A program made the position numbers and the translations under genes. DNA of 62,112 bases, the filler included. It is 15 parts of 15 records of this genome, joined end to end, with 100 filler letters (N's around TTAATTAATTAA, not from the genome) between each part and the next. Parts side by side here need not be neighbours in the genome. Positions count along the whole stretch, not along the records: positions 28,662 to 33,765 come from SRR15195285_11446; positions 33,866 to 38,563 come from SRR15195285_11455; positions 38,664 to 41,797 come from SRR15195285_11468; positions 41,898 to 47,249 come from SRR15195285_11475; 11 more parts are not named here. The stretch is one strand, 5' to 3'. The notes under the pieces are model-generated. The model worked only from the letters and a program-made list of their open reading frames with translations. It was not told the DNA's origin and did not search any database. Numbering within the stretch: the stretch's first letter is position 1; each line of letters begins with the position of its first letter. Positions 33,417-45,300 of this stretch are shown here, one piece after another.

Positions 33417-33514
33417 GACCACTTGTCACAGTCAACTGTACGGGGCGGAAAAGGAGCGACCACTTGTCACAGTCAACTGTATGGGGCGTAAAACGGAGCG
33501 ACCACTTGTCACAG
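33417..33514. repeat. 41/42-bp tandem repeat, about 2.4 copies (GACCACTTGTCACAGTCAACTGTA...GGAGC)
   Basis: Units start at 33417, 33458 and 33500, immediately upstream of the ATG at 33401 on the minus strand. Confidence 0.9.
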
Positions 33515-33865
33515 GCTGGGTTGGAACCGTGGAGTACCGGTATGTAAAACTCACTGATGAATACCGTGTAGAGTACAGTGTACACAGTACTCCTCTGATC
33601 TCTGATCACCTCGAATCGCTGCTTTGTTCTCGCGGGTTGAGTTGGGATTTAGAATTGTTTTGACGCGCTGATGATTGAACCCTGACCCCTCAGCCTCAAG
33701 CCTGTTCGTGACCCGTGACATCAGAGTACGGTACTGAGTAGCGAACTCTCCAGCCTGAATTCATCNNNNNNNNNNNNNNNNNNNNNNNNNNNNNNNNNNN
33801 NNNNNNNNNTTAATTAATTAANNNNNNNNNNNNNNNNNNNNNNNNNNNNNNNNNNNNNNNNNNNN

Positions 33866-36502
33866 AACTCAACCTGAAGCTACGGTATCGTCGTCTGGTC
33901 GCGAGATTTTTGGGGCTTGGAGCGCTGTGTCCATAGTCTCTACTATCAGCGATGCACCTCCGAAGCACGATGCATTCGAAGAGCAGTCGGAGGGGCGGCA
34001 GTACGATGCGAAAGGTTGGTGGATGAAAGAGAGTGTGAGAGACATCCAAATTGTCAAGGGGATGGGCTTGCCACGACGTTGGTTTCGTGTGCGAAAATTG
34101 CCTGACTGGGAAGACGCCGAAGTTTTGTGGCGGTGCAAGCCGTCGAATGAACTACAATCCTGGACGAGCACTGTTAGCGTTGAGATGATGTCAGAAACGG
34201 AACGAGAAGGCAAGAGGCCTTACTCAGACCCGTTCACACAGAGCAACGTCGGCATCTGTGGTCGAGTGAGAATCGGTGCGGGAGAGAATGCCGTCATTGA
34301 GTGCAAGCCTGCGGATGAGGCAATAGCGGATGCAGCGATGAGCTATTCCTACATGTGTCTGAAGCGTCACGAAACGGTCCTAGAATCGACACCGCCTGTG
34401 GGTAGGTACGTGCGGATTGAGCACGCATTCGAGCCATTGTCAGTAATCGACATCAGCGTGTTCGATGCGTCTGGACAGCGTGTAATGGTCGAAGAAGCTG
34501 CAATGAGCTCGAGCTTTTGCACGTCTGATGGCCTGACCTTTCCCGCCTCGCGCATGTTCGATGGATCCATCGCAACGTATTGCTGCACGCAGGGCTTGGA
34601 CGAAAGCAGACGACTTGCATGGCTTCGCGTTGATCTCGGCAAGCCAATTGCCATCGGGCGGGTAGAGATCTTAGGCCGCATTGACGAGGGTGAGTCTTCC
34701 GACTACAAGCAGAAGAACGGCCTGACAGGTGCAATTGTCTCGATCACTAGAGATCGAGCGGGGGCTGCGGGTGTGCGGGTGTGGGAGTCACCACCAGTAC
34801 CAGACGGACCGAAGCTGCTCAGCTACAGGTGGGAGCAGGAGCACAGTTGCCCAACTGCTCCCAAGACTAGCTCGCCGACGTCAGGGAGGGCTCGCGAAAA
34901 GTCTGTTTACTCAAGCGCTCTCGAGGGCGAGGGGCAAGCTGGACTCGAGTATCCCGAAGCTGAGTTTCATATCCTTGAGAGCCTTCGAGACGAGCTCTTT
35001 CCTACAGACGACACGCGACTGCCATCCGATTGGGTAGACCTGGAAGGAGACGGTGTGTTGATGCCGTTCTCGACGACGGGGGAGCGTGCCACGAAGTTCA
35101 GAGTGCGCAAACAGTTTACGAGCAAAGCGAAGCCATGCTGGGTACAACTTAAAGGCGCACCCCCTGGAAAGATTGTGGACGTGGTCATGAAGGAGGGCGA
35201 TGACTTGCGGCAAGACCAGGTAGTGCTTTCAATGCTGGAAGTTTTCAACGGCCTCTGGGAGCAGGCGGGTGTGATGCACAATTGGGATGGGGGTCGTGTC
35301 CCCGTCTGTGCACCTATCTACCCTGTGGCCACGGTCGGCACCTCGAACGGCTTCGTGGGGATGCTTGAAAATTCTGTGCCTTGCGACGATATCGTTGAGA
35401 AAAACAGCCGAGGAGAGAACGGGTGGAAAGCCAGTCCTACCATCGTTCCGTCTTCTGTCGCTGCATTCATCGTCATTTTTGCTCTCAATATCAGGGATAG
35501 GCACAAGGGTAACCACAGTTTCGCACTTTCCCACTCATGCATCGCGTTTGGCAATTACCAATTGCACATTGTTCTGTCTGCTGGCGCTCACCTGCTTTAC
35601 CTCTGTGGCCGCTGCATCTGCTACTTCATTCAGGCAACATGGTGGTCACCAACGACAGACTTGCAAACATCGACTTTGGGTGGTTAGAAGAGGCACCATT
35701 CCTCGACACGGGGTTATTTCCGATCCCCGCTGGCCTGCAGCACCTCCTAGGATACACCAACAAGTGGGCAGAGTTTCACGACCTGGCTTGGGACGCGGTG
35801 AAGATCCTGCACGAGAATGAGGACGTAATTTGTGATCGCTGGCGCCAAATCCTGGTGCATCGCGGTATCAATGACGACTTTATGGCGGATGAAATGCCGA
35901 CACGCATCAAAACCCGTGTCAGCATCCGGCGTTCGGACCTCGATGATCGCCTGCGACAGAAGAGTTTGGGGACCTGGGCAAAGAATACAGCACACGCTGC
36001 AAAGATCATGGTCGAGGAGCTCCGCAAATCTACGCAGCAGAAGCCGCCAAGCCCTGTCCCCAGTACGCGGAGAAGCGAGCAGCAACAAGAGCCGTTGCCG
36101 GGGGACAAAGGAACGGTACTCGTGGAGCCGGAGCCGGAGTCGGAGCTGGAGCTGGAGCCAGTGAATACACCAGTGCTGCATGGCCCGGCGCCACTGGGAG
36201 GAACAGCGCCAGTAGCACCATCACAGCCCGAGTCAGTTGTAGAGTGGCTGTCAAGCGTGAAGCTTCAGATGTGCCACGCCGCGCTCGCTGCAGCTGGATA
36301 TCGCGACGACCTTGACATGTTGATCGAGGGGGACGACGAAGAAGTGAATGACATGATTGCTGCTGTGGCGGGGATCGAAGGAATTCAAAAGCCGACGATG
36401 AAGAAATTCCTGAGGGAGCTTGCCAAGCTTCGCAAAAAAGGTGAAACATTTCCTCTGCCACCCACGATGAATAGTAGCTTCAGCTCACCGAGCGCCAGAT
36501 AG
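33866..36502 (+). CDS. PI3/PI4-kinase catalytic-domain protein with an upstream discoidin/galactose-binding-like domain and a C-terminal SAM-like domain (5' truncated)
   Basis: MKEGDDLRQD, IRDRHKG[intron ~35509-35633]NMVV...IDFG; ASRMFDGSIATYCCT...AWLRVDLGKPIAIGRVEILGR; VVEWLSSVKL...GYRDDLDML. Confidence 0.85.
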
Positions 36503-37238
36503 ATACCGGTACGTGAATGATGGGATGTTTCTACGGTATCAATGCAAATCGGTTGCAAGTAGAGGCCAGGCACTCTAGGCAGCCGATCACAGGTCACAGC
36601 ACTGACCACAACTCAGCCTGTTTCAGCAGTTGGGCTTTGAATCAATCAGTCGTGTCAGAAAACTGGCAATGCTCTACCACTCAAATTCGAACGTTGGTAC
36701 AGACGGGTGTAGCTGATGATTAGTCGCGCGCGTAGCTGCTTTTAGACAGTCCTTTGACGTCCTCTGCAGAGTTCTGCCACAACGTGCTCTCCGATCATGA
36801 GTCCGACGCGGCACGTCGGCCCAATCCCAACCAAATCCAAGTTTGGCTGGTACTCAGGTGGCTACGTTCTGACCTCGAGACGACACAGCCTTTTGCGTTG
36901 CTATGACACAGAGACACGAGGCTAGTCCTCTTCTATGCGGACCGTTGTAGCACTGCACTGCAGCGTAGTTTCATCGACTGTTCATTGGCATGTCACGATC
37001 GTTGCACACACATAGCAGCTGTGCCTTTGACTAAGACGATTGGCGTTGCACACGCCTGTAAACATTATCCCCAAACGCTAATTTCTCTACCGTGCTGACA
37101 ATATGATGATGCGCCATTGGCCCAAGGCCACCGCAACAACGCTGAGTCTTGTGGTGGATCCAAAAAGTTGGTCGCAACTCTGTGCATGTGCATGCATCAG
37201 GCCACATTGAACAAGGTGAAGTATACTGGGAGGTTGTT

Positions 37239-37865
37239 TTACCTGTCCCACGGGTCAGCAGCCGGGGGTGGCTGCGTCAACCCCCAGCACGCACACGTGC
37301 AGCCATTTGCAAGGCGGCCGTATTCTGAGAGCTGACTGCACCAGTCTAGCATGTCAAGGCATCGAACATCATTTCCGAAAAGTTCCAACGTTTCAGTTTC
37401 GGGATCGCACGCTACTTCGTTTGTTTCCGACTCGACTTCGTTGATGGCAACGTCGCCGCTGCCAACGAGCTCGACGCTCCTAAAAAACGAGGGTATGTCT
37501 GCGGGCGGCGTGCCTAGAACTGCAGACGACTTGCTGGTTCTGTATCGAGAGGTTGCGTCGGGGTTGTGCTCCGACATTGCTGTCGTTGCACTACCGCGGT
37601 AGCTGCTGGTGCTGTCTATGTGCTCATACGTCAGCACAAATCTGGTACCGTCCCATTCATAATGGAGTTGTGGCTCCTCTTCCGGAAGAGCTGGAGGCTC
37701 CGGCATCGGCGCCAGCAACAGCAGCCCGAGCACGACCCACACAAGCAGCCCGAGCACGACCAGTGCAAGGCAATTCACTCGTCTAAACCGTCGGCAGGGC
37801 TTGTTCCCTACGTCCTTTTGAGCTGCACCGGTGTTGCCCTTGATCTCCACTGTCCCGATCATCAT
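37239..37865 (-). CDS. Hypothetical single-pass (type II) membrane protein with a Cys-rich C-terminus
   Basis: A basic stretch followed by the hydrophobic segment LALVVLGLLVWVVLGLLLL; C-terminal CDP...CLDMLDWC...GCTCAC. Confidence 0.55.
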   Translation of the reverse strand: MMIGTVEIKGNTGAAQKDVGNKPCRRFRRVNCLALVVLGLLVWVVLGLLLLAPMPEPPALPEEEPQLHYEWDGTRFVLTYEHIDSTSSYRGSATTAMSEHNPDATSRYRTSKSSAVLGTPPADIPSFFRSVELVGSGDVAINEVESETNEVACDPETETLELFGNDVRCLDMLDWCSQLSEYGRLANGCTCACWGLTQPPPAADPWDR

Positions 37866-38663
37866 CCTGACCGATGTTTTTTTCCGTACTTTGGTCCAAG
37901 TTGGGCGAGGTTGCTGTTGTGGACCTTAAGCTGCCACAACACTAGAACGACCGTGTGCGTGGCGGCGTGCTTCCTCGCGTGCTCCTGCGTGGCCCACTGT
38001 TCTGGGCCCAGCTGGGTGCCAGGGCCGTAGTGCCACTGGTACCTGTACCTACTAGTAGGTAGTGTCGTACACCAACAACACTGAGTCTGTAGAATGATGT
38101 AGTGGTTGCACGCGCTCTGACCGACGGCACGCGCTTCCTGTACTCGACTCGGAATTTACTGTCCACTCGCGCGCGATGGTGGTGCTCGCTCTCGCGTCGC
38201 TTGCTTGTGTGTGCCTGAAAAATTCTAAAATGGACGCCGTGCTCACCCGCCGGTGAATGCGTCGCGAATTACATTATACATTGTATTGTATTCATCCGGT
38301 ATCCGATGGACAGTACTACCTGGTAGTATGAATGTACTAGTAGGTCACCATTGATAGCCCGGCCACTGCTACAAACTCGTAATCATAAAATTGGCCAAAC
38401 CCAACAAACCGCACCTCTACGCGATGCAGAAAGTTGCTGAAATTCACGTGGTACGGTCCATTTTTGCCACTGTACATGTACCGTGAAAATAGCTGAAAAC
38501 CCCCATTTCCCGGCGTGACGCCAGTCATTTACATGGATTTGTGCGGTGAGCTCTACGCACCGCNNNNNNNNNNNNNNNNNNNNNNNNNNNNNNNNNNNNN
38601 NNNNNNNTTAATTAATTAANNNNNNNNNNNNNNNNNNNNNNNNNNNNNNNNNNNNNNNNNNNN

Positions 38664-40351
38664 AGGCGTCCAGTCGAGAGCATTCGCCTGGGCAAGAGCA
38701 GTGCCCGGACCCGCTGTGGGAGATCGAGGTCCAGCGGGCGTTCGAGAGCGCGCTCCGGACACTCGGCAAGGAAGCAAAGGGAGACGCGAAGTGGGCCGCG
38801 GTGTCGGCGCAGCTGGCGAGGGCAGGAGTCGACAGGTCGCCGGGGGCGTGCAAGGCGTACTTCAAGCAGTGTAAGAGGCACCGTCAGAGCAATCAGCCCG
38901 GTGGAGGCGAGGACCGTCGGTCCCGAAGCACGCGGAAGTGGACGAAGGTCAAGCGCGAGATCCGGTCGGAGCTGCCGGACCAGTGGGCGTGGCAGAGCCG
39001 CTCGTACCAGAGCAGCCTGCAGCTTCCGAGCACGCTGGACAACATGGAGCGCGTTCACGCCAACGACGTGAGCGTGCAAGAGTTCATCCGGCGCTGGGAA
39101 GCGCCATGCACGCCTGTGGTGATCGATGGCTTGGCTGATGAACAGATGCAGAAGTGGCAGCCGATGCTGCTGCTGCATCGGTTTGCAAACGTGAAGCTCA
39201 AGTGCGGCGACGACGACGAAGGGCGCGCAGTACGGATCAAGATGCGGCACTATCGGCGTTATGTTCAGACTGAGGCGAAGGCGGACGACTCACCCCTCTA
39301 CGTTTTTGATTCGGCCTTCGGTGAGAGAGCACCGGCGATGCTGCAGGACTACGAGGTGCCAGCGTACTTCCGGGAGGACCTCTTCCAGCTTGTTGGGAGC
39401 CGCCGCCCACCATTCCGTTGGATCATCCTTGGGCCGCGCTTTTCAGGGTCTGGCATCCATATCGATCCGCTGGGCACTTCTGCATGGAACATGTTGATGT
39501 GTGGCCACAAGCGATGGGTTCTGTTCACGCCAGACGTCTCGGCAGACGTGGTCAAGCCGCCTCGTGGCATGGGCCGAGAGGCAGTCACCTGGTTCGCCAA
39601 GATGCTCCCGCAACTGAAGCGTCAAGGTGTCCCGTGTATTGACTTCGTACAGAAGCCGGGAGAGACTATCTTCGTGCCGAGTGGTTGGTGGCACGTTATT
39701 CTCAACCTTGACTTCACCGTCGCGGTCACGCAGAACTTCGCTTCCGCAGCCAACTTCAAGCAAGTGTGGGCGGCCACTGCCAAGGGGCGGCCACGTTTGG
39801 CAAGCTTCTGGCTGAGTGCACTGGAGCAGCGAGGGCACACAGCTCTCGTCGCCCAGGCGCATGAACTGCTGCGCCTGTGGGATCCGGAAGGGTTTGAGCG
39901 CTTGCCGCCACAGCCGACACATGCAGGTGGGAAACTGGTGCTCAGTCGGCGGCGTGACGGGCTCCGTGACCTGATGCTCGACGTACGGTGGAAACGGCGC
40001 ACCAGGCGAGAGGAGCGACAACGGCAGCGAGAACGTGACGAATGGATCGGATCGTGTTGGTGTTGGCCAAGTTGGGCGTCCAGTGCTCAGGCGGGCTGGG
40101 AGGAGAAAGACTATTGGGTCTGCGATGATGATCACTCAACAACATCGTCCGACTCGTCGACGTCGGACGAGGAGGAGCAACGACAACAGCAAGGTGAGCA
40201 ACACATTGAGACGGAATGGGGGCCGCGGGCCAGTCAAGGCCTGGCGGCGGCGGCGGCTGATGGCGGCTTGGCGTACGGCTCGATCGTTGTTGCAAAAGCT
40301 GCGCCGGCTGGAGGTGAAAGCGAAGGCAGGGGCGGCCTCACTGTAGTTTAA
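38664..40351 (+). CDS. JMJD6: JMJD6/PSR-type JmjC hydroxylase with an N-terminal Myb/SANT-like domain (5' truncated)
   Basis: KLKCGDDDEGRAVRIKM, DDSPLYVFDSAF, YFREDLF, RRPPFRW, SGSGIHIDPLGTSAWN (HxD) and ETIFVPSGWWHVILNL. The frame is open upstream: WEIEVQRAFESAL...KWAAVSAQL...RSPGACKAYF. Confidence 0.9.
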
Positions 40352-40364
40352 TGTACCAAATCCA

Positions 40365-41768
40365 TTAGGTCCCCTCTGTACCGCCGCCAAGCGTCATATC
40401 ACTCATCTCAACGGATAGCGGCCCGCTGTCGTCAACGGGTCCACCCGGTCGCGTGTCAACCCGGGGCGGGGTCTTCGGCATTGGCGGCGTTTCTCGCCCA
40501 CCAACGCTGTCGGAGCCGGCCATCATGCCGCAGGATGGCGGGCCCACACCGAAAAGGCTCGCGTCGTCCGAATCCATCATTCCTAGTGAGTCGATCGATT
40601 CTAACGGTCCGTAATCAGAATCTGAAAAAGGCTCATGAAAAGAATTGTATGCCCCGCCAGCATCGTTAGCGGCGTCGCCGTCAGTGGCTAAAGCGTCACG
40701 GGGGTACGGTTCCCGGCGCAGTCCCTCGTCGATTGGTGTCCAGACCACAGTTAGACTTTGCTCTAGAGCATCAGCGCCCTGCGGTGCATCCACTACCAGA
40801 GCCGGTTGGGCATCCTGGGCTGATGCAGCCTGTATAGCCCCGAGTACCGGCTGCATCCACGGGTGAGCCTGTATCTCAGCGAAACCAAAGCGGCTCGCCG
40901 GATCCACCGTGAGCATCCCTTGTATCAAGCTCTGCAGATCTGCGCTACACATCTCTCGAAACTGCGCCGGGTTCTTGAACGTCCCGGCTTTGATCCGCTT
41001 GAAGATCTGCACAGCCGTCTCTGCACCGGGTGCCTGCCCGTCGTGACCGAAAGGGTAAGAGCAGCATCTCATGACATAGAGGATCACACCCATCGACCAT
41101 ATGTCGACCCCTGGCCCGTCATACGGGCCCTGAACGTCGGCTACGGCTACCTCGGGAGCCATGTAGCACAAGGTGCCGCACTGTGTTCTACAGTTGCTCG
41201 TGAGCGAGTCCTTGCTCAATCCGAAGTCCGTGATTTTGATCGTATCGTCGAAACCGTCCGTCCCGTCGCCTTCCTCGCCATTCATAAGCAGCAAATTCTC
41301 TAGTTTGAGGTCTCGGTGCGAAACCCCTTGCTGGTGGCAGTAGTCGATGCCCGAGAATATCTGGAACGCTATTCTGCGGGCGCGATCCTCGTCCAGACCG
41401 CCTTCCTTTTGGACGATGTCGAACAGTGCACGCCCACTGGCCAGCTCGAGCACCAGGAACGTGTGCGTCGGCGACAGCTGCACATCCAGCAGCCGGATCA
41501 CGTTCGGGTGGTTCAGCTTGTTCGCGATGACCCACTCCCGCTCCGCCTTTTTGTGATCCATGTGCGGGCTGCGAGCCATCACCTTGATCGCAACCGGCTG
41601 TCCGTTTAAAACGTCCCGCCCCTCGTATACCTTGCCGTACTTCCCCGAGCCAATGCCATGCATCAGATAGTACCGGTCGGCAAGAACATCCTCCGTCATC
41701 TCGTAGTATTCAGGCACGTGCCTTGGATCGGGCGCGCAGCAGGGCCGCGCCATCGCATCGATATCCAT
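40365..41768 (-). CDS. Ser/Thr protein kinase, CAMK group (SnRK/AMPK-like)
   Basis: IGSGKYGKV, VAIK, HRDLKLENLLL, DFGLSK, CGTLCYMAPE and DIWSMGVILY. Confidence 0.93.
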   Translation of the reverse strand: MDIDAMARPCCAPDPRHVPEYYEMTEDVLADRYYLMHGIGSGKYGKVYEGRDVLNGQPVAIKVMARSPHMDHKKAEREWVIANKLNHPNVIRLLDVQLSPTHTFLVLELASGRALFDIVQKEGGLDEDRARRIAFQIFSGIDYCHQQGVSHRDLKLENLLLMNGEEGDGTDGFDDTIKITDFGLSKDSLTSNCRTQCGTLCYMAPEVAVADVQGPYDGPGVDIWSMGVILYVMRCCSYPFGHDGQAPGAETAVQIFKRIKAGTFKNPAQFREMCSADLQSLIQGMLTVDPASRFGFAEIQAHPWMQPVLGAIQAASAQDAQPALVVDAPQGADALEQSLTVVWTPIDEGLRREPYPRDALATDGDAANDAGGAYNSFHEPFSDSDYGPLESIDSLGMMDSDDASLFGVGPPSCGMMAGSDSVGGRETPPMPKTPPRVDTRPGGPVDDSGPLSVEMSDMTLGGGTEGT

Positions 41769-41797
41769 GCCGCCGCCGCCGCCGCCGCCGCCGCCGC
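41769..41797. repeat. (GCC)n trinucleotide repeat at the contig end, directly 5' of the kinase ATG
   Basis: Read directly from the sequence. Confidence 0.9.
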
Positions 41798-42301
41798 NNN
41801 NNNNNNNNNNNNNNNNNNNNNNNNNNNNNNNNNNNNNNNNNTTAATTAATTAANNNNNNNNNNNNNNNNNNNNNNNNNNNNNNNNNNNNNNNNNNNNCCG
41901 TTTGACTGGCAAAATGAGTGGGGGCGGGTTGCGTTACGTCACCTGGGCCAGTGTTAGTCTAGTATGAGAACACTCGTAGATCACCCAAATCGCATGTACG
42001 TTTCAAGAAGCCTATGTGAATACAGAGCTCGGGTAGCGCTAAATGTTGGTGGCGATTGCTTTACATAGTAATTCCAGGACTAATGATGCAGGATGCGTGA
42101 GGGAATTGGAACCTCCATGGGGGTTCGTGTCGACAGCCTAGCCGGTCCGGTGCGCTGCTAGTGGGTTTGACAGACGTACGCTTGGGCACGTCCAGCCATG
42201 TCACACCCATTGCGTGGCCTGTTACAATAATTATTGATGCTCATACGGTATACAGGTATGGCCACCGACCAACCTGCAATCATCTAGTCGAGGGACCTTT
42301 G

Positions 42302-45300
42302 TTACGCTTCCTCCTCGTCGTCGGCACTAGTCACCTCTTCGCCTACCAAGCAGCGCGCACGCAACATGCTCCGCAGGTCTCGATCGACCCACTTCTCAGA
42401 TGTGTAGTAGTGCAGCTGCAGCAGGCCTTCACTCGGTACTTCGTGCTCCCAAGTAGCAGGGAGCTCGAACGGTCTAGGCTCGCGAACTATCTTGCCGCCG
42501 TTATTGACGACAACGTCACCAAAGCGCTCATCCCGCCAGTTCTCGCCGGGTTCACCGACTGCAAGCAGCACCAACATTGTGGCAACCTCGCGATCGTCCG
42601 GGTATGAAAGGTTGAGCTCCCAGTACCCGTCGGGCATCAGTGGATTAATCATGTTAAGTGGCCCCAGACGCTGCTGCAACTGGTGGCGCTCGCGGTCGTC
42701 GAAAAACCAAGCGATGGCATCCGTGCACAGTCCCCCAAGGTCGACGCAACGCGAGTAGCACGTGATGACAAACTCGATCGCCACGTCGCGGTCACCGCCG
42801 TCCTTCCACCCCGGCCCGCGATCAATCAGTGTTGCCTCGTCATCCTCGTCTTCGCAGGCCGCCTCCAGCGCCTCCTCGTCCCCCCGCAAGGTAAACGGGG
42901 TCGTCTCAATGGTTTGATGAAGTGAGTCAATTATCGCAGACGCGGTGTGCAAGCCTGCACGTGGTGTTCCAGCCACCACGCTGCTCAGAGTCGTCGTTTT
43001 ATCTGACCACTTCGAGCAGATCGGGCAGCAGATTGGCAGCCCAAGCTCCTGCATCCCTCTGGCACAGCCCTCGCACAGCGCCGGGTGCCGGCACGGTAGC
43101 GGAGCGTGTGAAACTGGCCGCGGCGGGCCAGCCGGGTGGCCGTTGTGTGCGCCCAGGCCCACAGTACCTTCGTCTCGGCCGTCCTTACTGCAGAGCTTGC
43201 ACATCACAAACATTGGCAGAATACCCAGCGTGTGTAGACCAGCCACGATGTCGCTCGAACGTATATATGCCTCAGAGCGCATTAGCCATCTCCGGATCAT
43301 GCTGACAAGCTGCACCCTGTCTACTGACGCTGCTCCACTTGCATGGCTCTGTTCGACAGCCAGCTTGAGCTTTCTACACTCCTGCACAAACTCGTCCGCC
43401 TGTTCGGCAGATATCGAAGCTGGTAAACTGTCAGCCATCGCACGCGGCCGACCAGCGACCCCACGGCCCACAAAGTCGAACTCGAGGAATCCAGACTTTG
43501 GCAGCGGGTTCGCACGTCCGAACATGAGCTTGAGCTTCCGGGAATTGTAGGTCACGTTTCGGAAGCAGCTCTGGTCCTCCATCCCATACTGGGACGTGTC
43601 GATCAGGCCCATGTCTTCGCGCTGTTTCTTCTCCTCGTTGCTGATGTTGATGAGCTGAGTCACCACATTCCTATCGTCTTCCTCGTCCAGCTTCGCACGG
43701 TAATGCCCAGTTGGGTTCCTACGGTCGAAGGAATACTCCATTCCCACCCCAATGATAATTTTCTCGAGCTCCTCTTCGGTAAAATTCCGCTCGCAGTAAT
43801 CCCGCAGCGCATCCTTATCAACTGTTGCAGGAAAAAGCTCCACAATGATGTCAATCCGAGTCGCTCGATCGGCGCCGCCGAACTCGTCTGCCATTTCGAT
43901 GACCTGGACTGTGGAGAAATTGAGCTCACGGCTCGCAAGATCAAGTAGTCGGCGGAGCTGCTGATTGCTTTTTGCGCCTACTGAGGCGATGGCTATCTTC
44001 TCCTTCTGTGCACCTAGCGCTGAGACTATGCGGAGCTTTGTCCGCGTACCTTTCCATAGCGCTCGCGCTGCTCTCCGAGTGTCCGTATCTGCCTCATCGT
44101 CCCCATCGTCTTCATTTTGCTGCTTGGCGTTGTTCGTTAGACCCATCATACTCTTGAGCCTGGACAGCGCAAGGTCGGACACTACCTCACACTGGTCAGC
44201 TGGCCTCGGCTCGTGGAAGTATCTGAACTCGAGTATGCGCGACCTCTCACCAATTTCCGTCGCAGGCTCACCGAATATGTCGACAACTGTCTGGAACATC
44301 ACTTCGTTTAGTAGAGCGTCTGCCATCGAGTAGGGTGCTTGTGGTTCAAACATCTTCTGGTTCACACGCACATCTTTCCACTCGTCGTAACCCCCTGAAG
44401 CCCGCACCAGGCGCAGCAGCTCGTTTGCAATGGCACGATCGTAGGGTTTGCCGAGGTCCAAAGCATAGGCGCCACCCGGATCAGCTGGATCGAACTCAGG
44501 AAGTCCTATCGTATCAAGATCGACTGCCATCATGTTGCACTCCTGAACAGATATATGTCGTTCTTCCTCCAGCGACCGCATCGCTGCAAGAATCGCTCGG
44601 CTCCCGAGGCTGCCAATTGGATTGCTGTCCAAGATCAGGTCCCTGACTGTAGAATTCTCCCGCATGCCGTCGCCCAGCACAACCGCTCCAATGGTAGCGA
44701 CGTCGTTGTGGGCTAAGTTAACTTCGCGCAGATGGTTGTTGGTCAGCAGGGCGTTGCCAATTGCACCAGCGCCCGCATTGCCAATGCAATTCCAGCTCAT
44801 ATTGAGGCTCGTAAGTGGTGAGCAGTACGACGTTCCCCCTTGTTCATCGCCCTCATTGTGAGGGTGTTCGTCAAGATCCAAATCATCAGGTGTGTGCCGA
44901 TCAATCCCTCTCAATTCAGGCTGAGCGTGTGCAACGCTTGCATATATGCTCCGCAGCATTACTTGCATCTCGTCTGCAACATCCCTTGGGGCATAGGTAG
45001 AGGTTGCCGTACTTCCCAGCGTTCGCACCCCAATTTGACGCTGCGCGAGAAGAGCGATGCTGTCCCGAAACTCTTCAAATACTAGCTGATCTGCCCTGTT
45101 GTGCCTGTCCTCTTGCTCATACAAGTCGTCATCTAGGTTCAGAGCGACAAAAATCGTCCGTGCATCGCCGTGAGGAAGCACGTCTGGGCAGATCGAAGAG
45201 TCTACACAGAAAGTTTCAAATTCATCCACGCTCATGGTCCGAGGGTTCGCGCTTGCCGCACGCTGCACATCCCCGGATGCCTTGTCTCCTTTTCTGAAGC

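Noticed and set aside
33417-33514. CRISPR-like array
   Set aside because: The intervening sequences are near-identical rather than unique spacers, there are fewer than 3 full units, no cas genes are present, and the context is eukaryotic.
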